Made by a program: the position numbers and the translations under genes
Assembly: GCF_009914755.1 (NCBI RefSeq)
Contig: NC_060934.1
DNA: 64,000 nt
Strand: one strand, 5' to 3'
Source: the human T2T-CHM13v2.0 reference genome, Homo sapiens
The notes under the pieces: model-generated
Told to the model about the DNA's origin: nothing
Database searches by the model: none
The model's input: only the letters and a program-made list of their open reading frames with translations
Shown: in pieces, positions 1 through 15,228 of the stretch
Layout: every line of letters starts with the position of its first letter
Position numbering within the stretch: the stretch's first letter is position 1

Positions 1-168
1 AATAGTTTTCTTTCTGTGTCTGGCAAATTTCGCTTAGCATAATGTCTTCCAGGTCCATCCATGTTGTGGCAAATGACAAGATCTCTTTCTTTTTAAAGTC
101 TGAATAATATTCCATTGTGTGTGTGTGTGTCCATTAGTGGACAAATAGCATGAATAAAGAAGTTATCT

Positions 169-171
169 ACA

Positions 172-204
<33 letters not shown>
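169..204. repeat. (CA)n microsatellite
   Basis: Direct dinucleotide run. Confidence 0.95.
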
Positions 205-206
<2 letters not shown>

Positions 207-333
207 CTTAGTTTCCTTATCCATTTGTCCACTGATGGACATCTAGGTTGTTTCTAAGTTGTTTCCATATCTTGGCTACTGTGAATAAGGCTGCAATGAA
301 CATGGAAGTGCAGATATCTTTACAAGGAAGTGA

Positions 334-691
<358 letters not shown>

Positions 692-695
692 ATGA

Positions 696-1073
<378 letters not shown>

Positions 1074-2269
1074 TAATGTACAAGAGTTGCCTTTTCTCCA
1101 CACCCTCACCAACACTTGTTATCTCTTGCCATTTTGATAATAACTATCCTAACAGGTATAAGGGGGTATCTCATAGTGGTTTTGATTTGCATTTCCCTGA
1201 TGATTCATAATATTGGCCAAATATTCATGTACTTGTTGGCCAGTTTTATGTCACTTTTGGAGAAATGTTTACTCAAGTCCTTTGCTCATTTTTAAACTTG
1301 ATTATTTGCTTTGTTGCTATTTAGATCTATGAGTTCTTTAAAAATCTTTGATATTAACCCCTTATCTGATATATGGTTTTGCAAATATTGCTTTCTAATC
1401 TATAGGCTACCTTTTCATTTTGTTAATTGTTTTCTTTGCTGTGCAGAAGATTTTTAGTTTGATAGAGTCTCATTTATTTTTGCTTTTATAGCCTGAACTT
1501 TTGGTGTGATGTGCAAGCAATCATTGCCAAGGCCAATGTAAAGGAGATTTTCCCCTATATCTTCTTGTAGAAGTTTTGTGATTTCAGGTCTTACATTTAG
1601 GTCTTTTATTCGTTTTGAGTTGATTTTTGAATATGGTTTGATAAGGGTCCAATTTCATTCTTTTGCATGTAGAAATTCAGTTTTCCCAGTGCCACTTGTT
1701 GAAGAAATGATCCTTTTCCCTTGGTGTATTTTTGATGCCCTTGTCAAAAATTAGCTGGCTATATGTTTGAATTTCTGGACTCCTTTTTGTTCCACTGGTC
1801 TATGTAACTGTCTTTATGCCAGTTCCATATTGTTTTGATGACTACAGCTTTGTAAAATGATTTTAAGTCAGAAAGCATGATGCCTCCAACTTTGTTTGTT
1901 TTCCTCAGAATTGCTTTGACTATTCAGGACCTTTTGTGATTCTATGCACATTTACGATTTTTTTTTCTATTTCTGTGAATAACGCCATTGGGCTTTGATA
2001 GGGATTACATTGAATTTATATATGGTTTTAGGTAGTATGGATATTTAAATGGGAAATCTCTCCTTAAGTCTTTATTTTCATCTGTCAATGTTTTCAGAGC
2101 ATTTTTGTGTCTTTTCTGCCTACCATTCAGATTGTTATTGCTTTTGTTTCTTTGCAATATATTTCGAATGACTTTTTGAAATCTATAACTTCTACTCTCT
2201 TATCTTTGATCAAACATTTAGTATTCTCTTACCAAAACTATCATTGAGACTGAATAATAAAATAAATCA

Positions 2270-2797
<528 letters not shown>

Positions 2798-5311
2798 GAT
2801 TTTTTGAGTATTTGCTGTCAGCTTCCCCTATTTTATTTGGTTCAATGCCTAGGCAGATGAAAAACTTTAGTTTACCTCTATAGTAGTCATCTCCAGTAAG
2901 ATGTAGCTTCCCTTTGATGATGATAGCAATATTAACAAAGCAACAATAAAACCATCCACTCTTGACTGACGTATTATTATCAGGTACTGGATTTCATGTA
3001 AGCCTGTCAGTGTTTTTATTTGCTGTTTATTTCATTTCTATTTTATGGGTAAAGTAGTTAGATTAAGTTATGACCCCTAGATTGTACATCTAGTAAGTGA
3101 ACAGAGGCAGAATTTATTACACAGATCCTGTCTGTTTTCAAGTTTTTATGCCAAGCTGTCTCACCTGGGTTCCTCTGTTCCACACAGATTGAAAAAATAA
3201 ATAGTCCTAATGAATATACATTAATGTATCTGTGCTTATTCAGCCAGATTAGGAGGAATCTAGAGGCAGATCTTCTCAAATTGAAACACTGTTTCAGTAG
3301 ATCACAAGTTTTGCTAATGAGGGATATGCTATTGTGCTTTTTCTATTGAAGAGTGCAAAAATCAAGGAAACAAAGCATCCAACTGCAGGGGGCCAATCTT
3401 TGCCGTTCCAGTAAGGGGGAAGGGTGAAAGACTATAGATCTAGTTTATTGTTGTCTTTGAAGTATTAATATTCATCCTTTACTACTGAAAATGCTTGTGA
3501 AGCTCTGTCACTCTAATTTAAAGATGCTTTTGAAGAGGGCTCCACACTGTCTGCTCTAAAATGGGACCTTGCTATTCCTATTTGTAAACTGTCAGCATGA
3601 GGCAGGAACTATCCATCAGTAAGATTTACTTTTACAGAAATATAAAGTGATTGGAATACCCCAAGCATCTATAAGTCTAACTTCTTTCATTGTTCTCATT
3701 TTCTTTTCCCTGTGCTTTATGAAAACAGCATAGCATTCTCTGGGGGGTGTCCATTCATTGTTTGGTTGATTTTCAATTCTTAGATGATTTATTCAAATGC
3801 CGTATTTGCAGAATCAATTCAGGAATATAGGTTCTAACAGAATCAAACAGCATTATAAAAAATTGTTCTCCCCCACCTTTAAACATTTCTATAATATTCT
3901 GAATGAATGCCTTCTAGTTACTACTCCCATTTCAATGCATTAGAGAGCCAGAAGATGAACTCCATGTTATCTTAAACAAGGATTCACATCTTGCTAATTA
4001 TTTGGTATCTCCATTTCACATGTGGTCTCTCAGTATTTCCAAATGTGGGATAAATTTTTTGGTCACTTATGATGCAGTCTCCCAAAAGCACTCATTTGCA
4101 GACTGTGCCAGAAGAGTGGCAAGGAAACACTGAGCAATGAGTTTTAGAAATGAAGAAAACTGAGAGGCTCAATATTGGTAATTATAGGTCACCACTGAAA
4201 CTTGGATCCACAAAGGCTTATCTTGACTCACTTCAAACATCTCTTAGACTCAAAGTGTGTTGCTTATGAGAACCATATATTTCAGGAAGTACAGCAGCCT
4301 TTGAATTGGCTCCGTGTGATCTCCTCACAACCTTTCTAAATCAGACAGCCAAGTGCAAAGCTAATCCAACTGAAACATTTCTCATGTACAGAGAGGAAGA
4401 AACTGGGGAGCACAGAAGGTGGGCGTGTATCATTCTTTCGGCATAAGAACAACCTACTAACAGCCCCCTGGCAAGTAACCAGCTTTTAATGAAATTGTGG
4501 CCTGCCATGAGGTTTCCATAATAAAGGATGCACAATCACCTCTTGTTCATGAGGTCTTGACAAATTTGCTATCATCCTCCATGTTATTTTCTGCAATTAT
4601 ATCATGCAGATTCTTCTTGCAGGTCAGCTGTCAAACTGGTCTAATATTGTTGGTTTCCCAGTTTGTTTACCAGTCTCAGTTCTCAGTTAAAATAATCCTG
4701 TCTTTTATCTAATGCAATACATAGCAAATGTAGATATTTGTTAAAGGAAATGAATGAGCACATAAATATAAATGAATAGGAACAATACTGTTTACTTCAT
4801 CATTATAACACTTACTTATATAGCTAAGCATTAAAAGTCACTTAATAAGTTGATGAATTATTCTTTAGGAAGAAGTTAAAGTACTTAATTTGAGAGAAAA
4901 ATAGTCAAATTTTTCAAACACGGAAATTCTCCTGTCAAATTTTCAAACAAAAACTGGGAAATGTCTTAGAAATCTTTTGAAGCTCTTGTTGTAATAGATG
5001 GGAGCAGAGAAAAGGCATGGTATTTCACAGTCAAGAAAAAAAAGATTTATGTATTCTGAACTTTGCAAAATAATCTACATTTAATTCATTTAGTATGTTT
5101 TTTTCTGAATGACCTTTATACATTATTTGTGGTAGGATTTGAAGTGGGAAGAAATATAAAATGAGATAAGATTCAACTCCTTTCTTTAAGAAGCTTAAGA
5201 TTTAGTGTATCTAGGGGTATAAAAATATAACCTCTAGGAATACATTGATAAATGTTATAAGTTATAAGATTGATTAAATCTGAGCAAATTATAAAATCTT
5301 CACAAAGGGAG

Positions 5312-5545
5312 AGCACGACATAGTGGTTAAGAACTTGGACTCTGTAAATAGTTTTCCTAGGTTTGAATCTAGCTTTCTCTTTCCTAGCTTAGTGTCCTTG
5401 GGCAAGCTAAAGATCTGTTCCTTGATTTCCTTATCTGTAAAGGTGGGTTTTGATAATAATAACAACTACCTCAGAGGACTGTAGTAAGAATTAGGAGAGT
5501 TGGTGTATGCGGAGTGTTTAAAATGATGTCTGGAGTACAGTAAGG
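5312..5545 (+). mobile_element. MIR
   Basis: tagtggttaaga...ccttgggcaag...ttccttatctgtaaa...ctacctca. Confidence 0.85.
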
Positions 5546-6316
5546 AAGATTGGTGACTCTTTCTGATCAGAGTAAATAGATGTTTACCTGGAGCACAGGA
5601 AGGGGAAGGGCAGTGAAGAGGCTCTGAACCTTTTGCAGGGTTCAGAAATTTAAAACACAGAAGGTTTGAAGAGTTACAGAAAATCAAGGGAGTTGGAATA
5701 CATGCTTCAGGTCTTCGGCCTGAGGCTCTGGTGGACTGAGACTCTGGCTGTAATGGAAAGGCAGAAAGCTCATAGATCGAGCCTTAACCTATGAGTCCAC
5801 CACTGTAAAAGTTTTACTCACACAGGGCACTTGCTAACTTTCCAAAAAATAAATGAGTCTACTTGCCTGAGTAATCAGTGATTCCTGACTTTCCCAGAAG
5901 AGATTATTTTCTTTGGTGTTTGGGGAGATGAGGAAAAGTGATAACGTAGGGAATTGTTCACAAAACTAACTTTTTTCTATTTAAAAGATTACAATTTACT
6001 CTGAAGTTAGGATCCTTCAATTTTTGTTGTTGTAATCTCATTTCTTTTATGAATTTATGGTGATAAAAATAATAATTAAAATTGTCTCAAAATAAGATGT
6101 TGCTGTCCTTATGATGCCTCCTGCTCTTTAAAATGTTTATGACTTGGCAAATTACAAAAGTCTGGGCATTTCTATTCTGGAGAACCAAATAGTCCTAAAC
6201 TTTTTATGATATTTCTTGGAGGAAAGCCTAATAGAGCATTCTAAGGCAAACTACTAGGCTTTTAAAAAATATGTGCTTGCTTCTAGAAGAAGCCTAATTA
6301 AACTGATCCATTTTAA

Positions 6317-6638
<322 letters not shown>

Positions 6639-6978
6639 TTAAGTAACATTCTTAGAGTTCACTGTATACAGCCAACACACAAAGAAAGGACACAATCTCT
6701 TTTTCTTCTAAATATGATCTACATGTCCTTATTTTTACACCTTGGTTTCAAGTACTCACTGCATTAGAAATACCATCCTCTATCATTGCCTGCTGAAGCC
6801 CCATGTCCTATAATGTGTAATTCAAATGCCTTGTTTTCAATAAAAAGTCCTTAATTGTTTTCTCCTCCATCTTCCAAAACCTTGAGATGTTTAACATACT
6901 ATAACAAACATAATATAATATTTGGTGCTTTTTAAGGAGATAAGGACAAGCATGATACTCTTAGGAAGCAGTCAGTAG

Positions 6979-7439
6979 TAGTAGTCATTTCCCGTGGTTG
7001 CCATAACAAAGCACCAAAAACCAGGAGAAGCAACACAACCAAAACTTATTGTGTCACATGTCTTAGGCTAGAACTGTGAAATTAAGATGTCAGCAAGGCT
7101 ATGCTTCCTCTGGAGGCACTAGGAAAGGAACTACTTCATGCCTTTCTCCTACATTCTGGTAACCTTACCAAAAAGTTAAGTTATAGATGCACTATTCTAA
7201 TGATAATGTCACCAGATCATGTCTTCATATCATCTTCCCTTTGTGTATGTCTCCCTGTGTCCAAATTTCTCCTTTTTATAAGGATACTAGTTATGTTAGA
7301 TTAGAGCACACCCTCATGACCTCATTTTAACTTGATTACCCCTTTAAAGACCGGATTTCCAAATAAGGTCACATCCTAAGGTACTGGGAGTTAGGATTTC
7401 AACATATCTTTTTTGAACGAAAAAATTCCATCCATAATA
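6979..7439 (-). mobile_element. MaLR solo LTR MLT1B/C-like
   Basis: gttgccataacaaagcacc...tccaaataaggtcacatcctaaggtactgggagttaggatttcaacatatc. Confidence 0.85.
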
Positions 7440-7469
7440 GTAGTCTAGAATGATTAGTTTATGAGGATC

Positions 7470-7630
7470 CTGAGATTTTGAGAAATGAGGTTGGGGTAGT
7501 AAACTAGGAGCAGATCACAAAGGCACTTTTTCTGAAGCTAGGAGTTTAGACTTGATCTAATTTGAAAGGACTGGAAGATATTTAGGAGAGGAATGATATG
7601 ATCATATTTAGGTTTTAGAAAATTTATCTG
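7470..7630 (-). mobile_element. L2 fragment
   Basis: gcagatcacaaagg...ggagtttagacttg...gatatgatcatatttaggttttagaaa. Confidence 0.6.
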
Positions 7631-7989
7631 TTGATTCACATCTTTTATTGCTAGCTGAAGATTCAAAGCTCCAGAGGAATTGAAGGCTTAATTGCTATTT
7701 CCTAGCTACTCAGAATAAGTAGGTAGAATAATCTACCCCTTTGGCAGTTGAAGGGAACTACCTTTCATCAAGGTTGCATTTGTGGGAGATTTCTGCAAAA
7801 GAAAGAGTGAGCTGCATTTGGAAAGAGAGGTTGGATGCTAAACAAAAGCAAGCAAACAAACAAAGCAAAACAAAAAATAAAACAGTAATGACATTCTTTA
7901 ACAGAAACTGGTTAAAATAGAGTTTCATACTAATTCTAATGAAATCCAAGCAACCAACTTTACAAGACTGTTAGTATAACAGGATATGC

Positions 7990-8534
7990 AGGCTCCAGTT
8001 ATTTACTGCTGCTAACAAAATATCTGCAAATCTTAGCAGTTAAAGACAACCACCATTGTATTATATCTCACAATTTTGAGTTAGGAATTTGGACAGGGCT
8101 CAGCTGGGTGATTCTTCTGCTCTATATGGTATCAGCTAAGGTTATCAGTGATATCTAGTTGGTGATTAGGTTGATCTGGAGCATCCCAGATGGCTTCATC
8201 ATTTCTGTTCACTTGGGAGGGATGACTGAAAAGCTAAAATGAACTGGGACTGTTAACTAGGGCACGTATCAATGGCTTCTGTAGCAAGGTAGCCTCAGAG
8301 TAGTTAATTTCTTACATGGAAGCTCATGGATGTCAGGGAGAGAGTTTCAAGAGGCCTGAGGAAGTTGCAAGCCTTCCTGTTATCTGTACTCAGAAGCCCA
8401 GGATGTAACATGCTATTTGGTCAAGCAAGTTACTAAGGCTAGTAACTTGAATTGCTATTCTTTGCTATTCCTCCCACCAAGAGATGGAATCTAATTCCCC
8501 TCCCCTGAATTCGAGGGATCTTTAATCTACCACA
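7990..8534 (-). mobile_element. MaLR LTR MLT1H/F-like with internal micro-inversion
   Basis: ggaatttggacagggctcagctggg...ttcttacatgg...ggtcaagcaagt; terminus tttaatctaccaca. Confidence 0.8.
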
Positions 8535-9958
8535 GCATGGAAGTTAATGTTGAATCAAGTTATTAAATTTCCTCCAGATATTTTCAGAGATGCTTTAAAT
8601 TTCTAACTTTATTTACCCCTATGCCCAAGCAAGTAAACATTTAAAGGCTAATCAAGTGCTTAGCTATAGCTAAGTGTCATACACTGATGATGGCTAAATA
8701 AAGCTAAACCTGTGTACTGGTAGACATTACTCACAGCTCAAAACTTTGTGAATTTTGAATTGATAGAACTTAGTTGAGCCACTTGATTAATGTCTCTGAA
8801 ACATCTTGTATTACTGTATATCCCAATATAATATAAACAAGTAATACAATATGAGAATAATCAAAAGAATGGTATTCACTTAGATATATCATTAAAATAA
8901 TATATATGCATAGGCAGATGTCAGTCAGTGTTTCAACTCATTTCTATTTAGACATACATAATAGTTTTAAAAAAAGACTTTGGAAGTGTGCCAAAATGAA
9001 TTGGCACAAAATAATGAGTGGGTAAAAAAATTAGACCACTGGGAATATTTAAAAATCCAACTTTTGGGTACTCTGCTATTTTCTTAGTTTTGCATAGTTC
9101 CATAAAACACAAATAGCAGTTTTACTGTTGCTTTTCTGTTGTTTTACAAGCTTAATGTTGGCTGCCAGGGCTATGATGCAGTCAGCATTTTTAGACTGGC
9201 ATGCATGAAAACATTAGATCCGAGAAGAGAGGCTCAGCATCATTGATATCCTGTAGTGTTTTGTTTCGGGAAATGCCATGCTGGTGATTATAAAGGATGA
9301 AGTCATATATTTCTACCAACCACATCCTACCATTATGGTAATTCTAATTGTAGTAAGCTGTGGAATCAATGACAGATAATTAAAAAAAAAAAAGAAACAA
9401 AATAAAACTTAAAATGTTTGTGAACCTTTTGTTTAATCAAATAACTTTACAAAAAAAAGGTACATTATGGTTCTGGAAGAACAAAAAAATGAGGAATGTA
9501 TTAGTTTTTATTTGAGGATTTCTGAATGTACACAAAGTTATTATCAGTATTATTATCAACATCATTGTATGAAGTTTTTGTCTTAATGGACTCACGGTTG
9601 AAGTTAAGCATACCAGCCTATGACAAATCATGCTGCCTTTCTCTAATTATAGTACCATTAACTAATTCTCTACCAACATATATTCTTCTGCTATAGACAG
9701 CCTATTATTTTCTGCTTTTTTCTTACCACTAAAACCACAAAATTAGAATTGGAAGGTAACGTTGGTACTTCTCTGGGACTCATTCCCACTAGTGGAGTCA
9801 ATATTTGCTGAAAGCTGGGTTCAGTAAGGGAATAGATACTTGCCTTGCCATGATGTGATTTTGCATATTGGTCTGTTTCACAATATCAAGCTCATTAATG
9901 GAGACAAATCTTTCCCTTCCTTTCTTCTTGATCTCAAGATTTAAAAAGTGTTAGATTT

Positions 9959-10270
9959 GGCCAGGCATGGTGGCTCATGCCTGTAATCCAGCACTTTGGG
10001 GGGCCGAGGTGGGCAGGTCACGAGATCAGGAGTTTGAGACCAGCCTGGCCAACATGGTGAAACCCCTTCTCTACTAAAAGTATATAAAAAAATTAGCCGG
10101 GTGTGGTGGTGTGCACCTGTAATCCTAGCTACTCTGGAGGCTGAGGCAGGAGAATCGTGTGAACCTGGGAAGTGGAGGTTTCAGTGAGCCAAGATCACAC
10201 CATTGCACTCTAGCCTGGGCCACAGTGCAAGACTCTGTCTCAAAAATAAATAAATAAATAAATAAATAAA
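9959..10270 (+). mobile_element. AluS (Sg-like), (AATA)n tail
   Basis: Full dimer; TSD aaaagtgttagatt/aaaagtattagatt. Confidence 0.95.
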
Positions 10271-10393
10271 AGTATTAGATTGATTCCTTCAGTACTTTAT
10301 TACTGGTTGCTCAGTATTGCACTGTTATGGAGGTTCAAAAGACAAACGAAAAATGTCTGTGACTCAAGGGGTTTATAGTAAAGTCAAAAAGAA

Positions 10394-10395
<2 letters not shown>

Positions 10396-10432
<37 letters not shown>
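10396..10432. repeat. (TA)n microsatellite
   Basis: Uninterrupted AT run. Confidence 0.95.
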
Positions 10433-10436
<4 letters not shown>

Positions 10437-11228
10437 AATATTTTAAATGGTGATTTTATTCTTTGAATGTGTCCAAGTGAGACTTTAAAAGACTGTTTTT
10501 CTTATGTTTTGGGAATAATTATTTGACCTATCCTTTCAAAGGTTTACTATCTTGTTGTAGAATAAGTTAAAACTTTGGTTTATCATGTTGGGGTTTCCAT
10601 AAATTCTCAATTTCAGGTCACTGAATTTAGCCACAGATTCATAGTGGAATTTAGCCACAATTGCAGCAGAATATTCTTTTTTACTTCAAAATTACATTTA
10701 ATTTCTATCAAGGATTCACCTAGTTGCAATGAGGTTATAGTACATCTCTAATAAGGAGGTATATCTTATACCCTTTAAATTTTAACCCCTATATTGAGCT
10801 GAAACTAAACACACAAACTGTTACAAATTAGGGGAGCCTATATGATTAGAGGCTTGAGTGGTTAGATTGCAGTGTATCTGAACACCTGCTATCCAGAGAT
10901 GCTCAACAATGTAGTGAAGACTGTTAGTGCCACAATGGAGACAATCTATTTTCAGCTCTTACCCCTACCTACAAAGGAGAACAAATGCAACCTTCTCCTT
11001 TGCCATAGGACAGACCCCAGATCATGGCAGAGATTACAGTCACACACAAAAAAAGCTAGGATTTAGAAAGAGAGCTATAGGCAGAGCAAGCAAAAGGAAA
11101 CCTTTTCCTTCATAATATAGCTGTCAGCATTTTGATCAACATATTATAAAGAATCAAAACCTTACATAATCATTTGCTAAATGTACCTGAAGTGAATTTT
11201 GAGAAATTTTACACAGAGGCAGAAAAAT

Positions 11229-11598
11229 TGATATGGTTTGGCTCTGTGTCCCCACCCAAATCTCACCTCGAATTGTAATCCCCATGTGTCAAGCGAGTGA
11301 CATGGAGGGAGGTGATAGGATCATGTGGGTTGTCTTCCCCATGGTGTTCTCACGATAGTGAGTGAGTTCTCACTAGATCTGATGCTTTAAAAGTATTTGG
11401 CAATTCCTCCCTACCTCTCTCTCTCTCCTGCCACTTTGTGAAGAAGGTGCTTATTTTCCCTTTGCCTTCCACTATGATTATAAGTTTTCTGAGGCCTCCC
11501 CAGCCATGTGGAACTGTGAGTCAGCCGAACCCCTTTCCTTTATAAATTTCCCAGTCTCAGGGAAGTTCTTTATAGCAGTGTGAAAACAAACTAATACA
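11229..11598 (+). mobile_element. THE1 (C/D) solo LTR
   Basis: tgatatggtttggctctgtgtccccacccaaatctc ... gcagtgtgaaaacaaactaataca. Confidence 0.93.
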
Positions 11599-12646
11599 AT
11601 AATCTACACATGGTATCAAAGGCCTTGATACAAAAATATTACAAACTAAGCACAGACTCCTTAGTCATATTTTCCACGATGTCTTTAATTTGGAGAAAAC
11701 AAAAGTTGTCTCCAAACTCTAGGGTAAATACACACACATCTACGTTTTATTCAATAGAATGCAGGGGATAAAAGGATTGCCCTTTCCAGAGGTCTTGCCT
11801 TTGCTCCCAGGGTCACATGTTGGAAGGGTCTTGGAGAGGTTATGGAGTACACTGTGAAGTATAACAATGAAGTCACAAATATGGTGGACATACTTTGATT
11901 TATATAATGAGATTCCTTCCAAGAAAAGCAGTCACACATCAAGAAGAGTGAATTCACAAGATTCTTCTCTCTAATAGATATGTTTTGTGGAAATCAGAAC
12001 AGTGAAACTAAGGCAGCAGATGCAGAGGCAGAAGTGGGAAATTATAATGAAGAAAATCACAGGACTTTACAGAAAGTATGAGGAAGGCTTTGGCTTTAAG
12101 GGAAGGAGATCCAGACAAACATCCATCCATCTCTCATCCCAGAGTTCTCGTTCCATCATTCTCAACAAATCCTTAAGGGTCTATATAGTAGCTGAATTAA
12201 GGAACCTCTACACAGATTAGGTGGGTTCAATCAACTTGAATAAAGATTCTAGTGCCTAGAGTAAGTCGATGAGCTAAGTAATGGACTTTCCAGTTTTCTC
12301 TTTTAAAACAATCTGATTCTGCTCCATTTTACACTATCATTTTAAATTTCAGGACACCTACATGCCTATACAAGCAAAAGCCATAGTTATAGAGGAAATT
12401 TAGTATGCATGTAAAACCCAAGGGTATTTCATCTTTCAATATTTTGGTTGTATTTCCTGGTTAAACACTTTCCTGCTTTCTTTTTACCTTAACCCCATCA
12501 TATAGGATATTTCTATCTGGTCTTTTTCTATTTTCCTGTGCAGGGGAGTGTAGCAAAAATAGCAAGACAGTGCATGGGTAGATTAAAGAATTATTTTAAT
12601 AAACATCTATTCATAGCTACCACTAGCATTAATGGAAGACACTAAG

Positions 12647-13049
12647 TGATATAATTTGAATATTTATCCCCTCCAGATCTCATGATGAAATTTGATCCCC
12701 AGTGTGGGAGGTGAGACCTGATGGGAGGTGTTTGGATCACGGGGACAGATCCCTCATGAAGGGCTTCGTACCATTCTCCTGGGATTTAATGAATTCTAAC
12801 AGTTCCTGTGAAATCTTGTTGTTAAAAAGATTCTACCACCTATCACTGTGACATGCCTGCTCCCTCTTTGCCTTCTGCCATGATTGGAAGCTTTCTAAGG
12901 CCCTTACCAGAAGCATATGCTGGTGCAATGCTTTGAGTACAGTCTGCAAAACTGTGAGCCAAAACAAAAACAAAAACAAAAACAAAACCCTGTTTTGTTT
13001 ATAAACTGCCTCAAATCTTCCTTTATAGAAGTAAAAATAGGCTAAGCCA
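12647..13049 (+). mobile_element. MST (MSTB-like) solo LTR with internal (CAAAAA)n
   Basis: tgatataatttgaatatttatcccctcc...gatccctcatgaa...ccttctgccatgattggaagc...ctgtgagccaaa. Confidence 0.85.
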
Positions 13050-13453
13050 TTTAGAGTTTTGAAAATGGGGGCTTCCATAGGGCACTAGAGAAATTCTGTT
13101 GGACATCAGGAAGATTAAACAATATGAACCTTCAACTGTGTTGAGTTTTCAAGATCTGATGTTGCCTATAATACAAGGAAGGTACTAATACTTGTTCAGG
13201 CACTGGTCTGTGTTGGATTATATGGGGCACTCTCTAATTATTTTCTATAGAGAGGATTCATTAGGAATTCATATAGTGTGATTTAACATAAAGATTAAAA
13301 TGTAATATTTTTATATCAACAAATCTGCGAACTATGTTCCTTTCCTTCTGTCAGAGTCAGAGCAATTGCTCCTTCCCTCAAGGTAAGTAAGATCAATAGT
13401 GAATATTTGGCACTGCAAAACATGCCTCTCTGAACATACATACAAATTCTTGA

Positions 13454-13750
13454 GGCCGGGCATGGTGGCTCACGCCTGTAATCCCAGCACTTTGTGAGGC
13501 CGAGGCGGGCCGATTACCTGAGGTCAGGAATTTGAGACCAGCCTGGCCAATGTGGTGAAACCCCATCTTTACTAAAAATACAAAAATTAGCCAGGCGTGG
13601 TGGCATACGCCTGTAATCCCAGCTACTCAGGAAGCTAAATCAGGGTAATCACTTGAAGCTGGGAGGCGGAGGTTGCAATGAGCCGAGAAGGCGCCCCTGC
13701 ACCCCAGCCTGGGCGACAGTGAGACTCCGTCTCAAAAAAAGAAAAAAATA
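13454..13750 (+). mobile_element. AluS (Sx-like)
   Basis: acctgaggtcagga; TSD aaattcttga/aaattattga. Confidence 0.95.
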
Positions 13751-14060
13751 AATTATTGAAAATATAAAACATGGAAGTATTTTTTCCATTACTGAAAGTA
13801 GTATTGTTTGTAAAAACTGTAAGTTATATGGAAGCATTTTCAGTATTTTTGTTTTGTTTCATAGGAAGTTTTATTTGGGGATATTTCATATGTAAAAGCT
13901 ATTGAACCAGGCAGTTACCAGATAGTTACTTAAAATCAACAAAACTCTGCTATTTTATGAAAAGTCCAATAACCTACAACTTCACCTTGCTCTGAACTGG
14001 TAAAAATGCCTCTGTGACTGACAAATGGATGAATCAGATGACGAGCATATTGAAGCAGGC

Positions 14061-14100
14061 ATAATTGAACCTCTAAACACATAATTGAACCTCTAAACAC
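14061..14100. repeat. Perfect 20-bp tandem duplication
   Basis: ataattgaacctctaaacac x2. Confidence 0.97.
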
Positions 14101-15228
14101 ATGGGCCCCCACAGCTCTTTTTGCCTGGTAACAAAATGAGGCTGTTATTGATGTAGTACATTACAACAACAAAATGTGAGTTGCTTGTGGTTAGCAACCA
14201 ATAGTAAAATAATTAGATGCTATAATTTACAGTGATATTTTTGAGTGGACAAAAACTTGACAATGACCAGATAATTTGAACTAGGTTATATTAAATGCAA
14301 GAATAGGAAGTTTTGGAAGAATGTAACTGGCTTTTTGATGTTTACCTACCTCCAGAGACACTTCTGTATGTCCTGAATTTTGGCTTGGAAATATTGGTAA
14401 GAAATTGAGCCTGTGCATAGAACCATGTCTGGAATTACGTTGCAGAGGGTGGCATCCACATAGAATACAATGTAAGTAGTCCTTGTGATAGTGAGTGCGT
14501 TCCAATGTGAATCTGACACAACTGAAAGTATTCTAGAATGCTTTCTTGTCTTAATAGACAAAGTTTGAAATTTTCTTTCAATTTTGAGTGAAAGGATTGG
14601 AAATTTGAATCATACTCAGATCAATTAAAGATCTTATCAGTATTGAGCTTTCCTAAGAATTTCATGGAAATGTGTAATTGTGAGTCATATAAAAAGCAAG
14701 GAAAAGTCTGGGACACCCTGTGTGGTTACTTGGTCTTCCCTCTCAGATCAGCACATATTCCTTGGCCCAGAACAATATAGGAAGTCTCTAAGTATACACG
14801 GGTTGCTTATATATTGGAGAACATTTAGATTATAAAACATTTCTATTATACATGCAAGAAAGCTGTGCAGATTACATGGTTTTCTCTTGGGAGCCATGTC
14901 TCACACCATAAGCAATCCTAAACCAGGGACATACTGTTAAGAGCATCCGATATATAAGAATACTCCTTCTAGCATATATCCTCAGGCTATTTTCCCAGAG
15001 ATCCAATTATCATGTTCCAAGAAGATAAAACTGGTCACCCAACTTCTTTCTTATGTCAGGGATATTATCATGGTAATCAGGAAGGGACTAGGTCACAGAC
15101 CCACTGCATTAGTTCTTTTCTCCCCAGTTTAAACTGAGAAAGCACTTGCTTTACAATATTTTATCTCAGTATGTTTCATTCATAGTTATGGTTACCTAAG
15201 GTTATGAATGACAATATGTATTGAGTGC

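Noticed and set aside
10623-10659. 13-bp direct repeat gaatttagccaca
   Set aside because: Short local slippage product with no supporting context.
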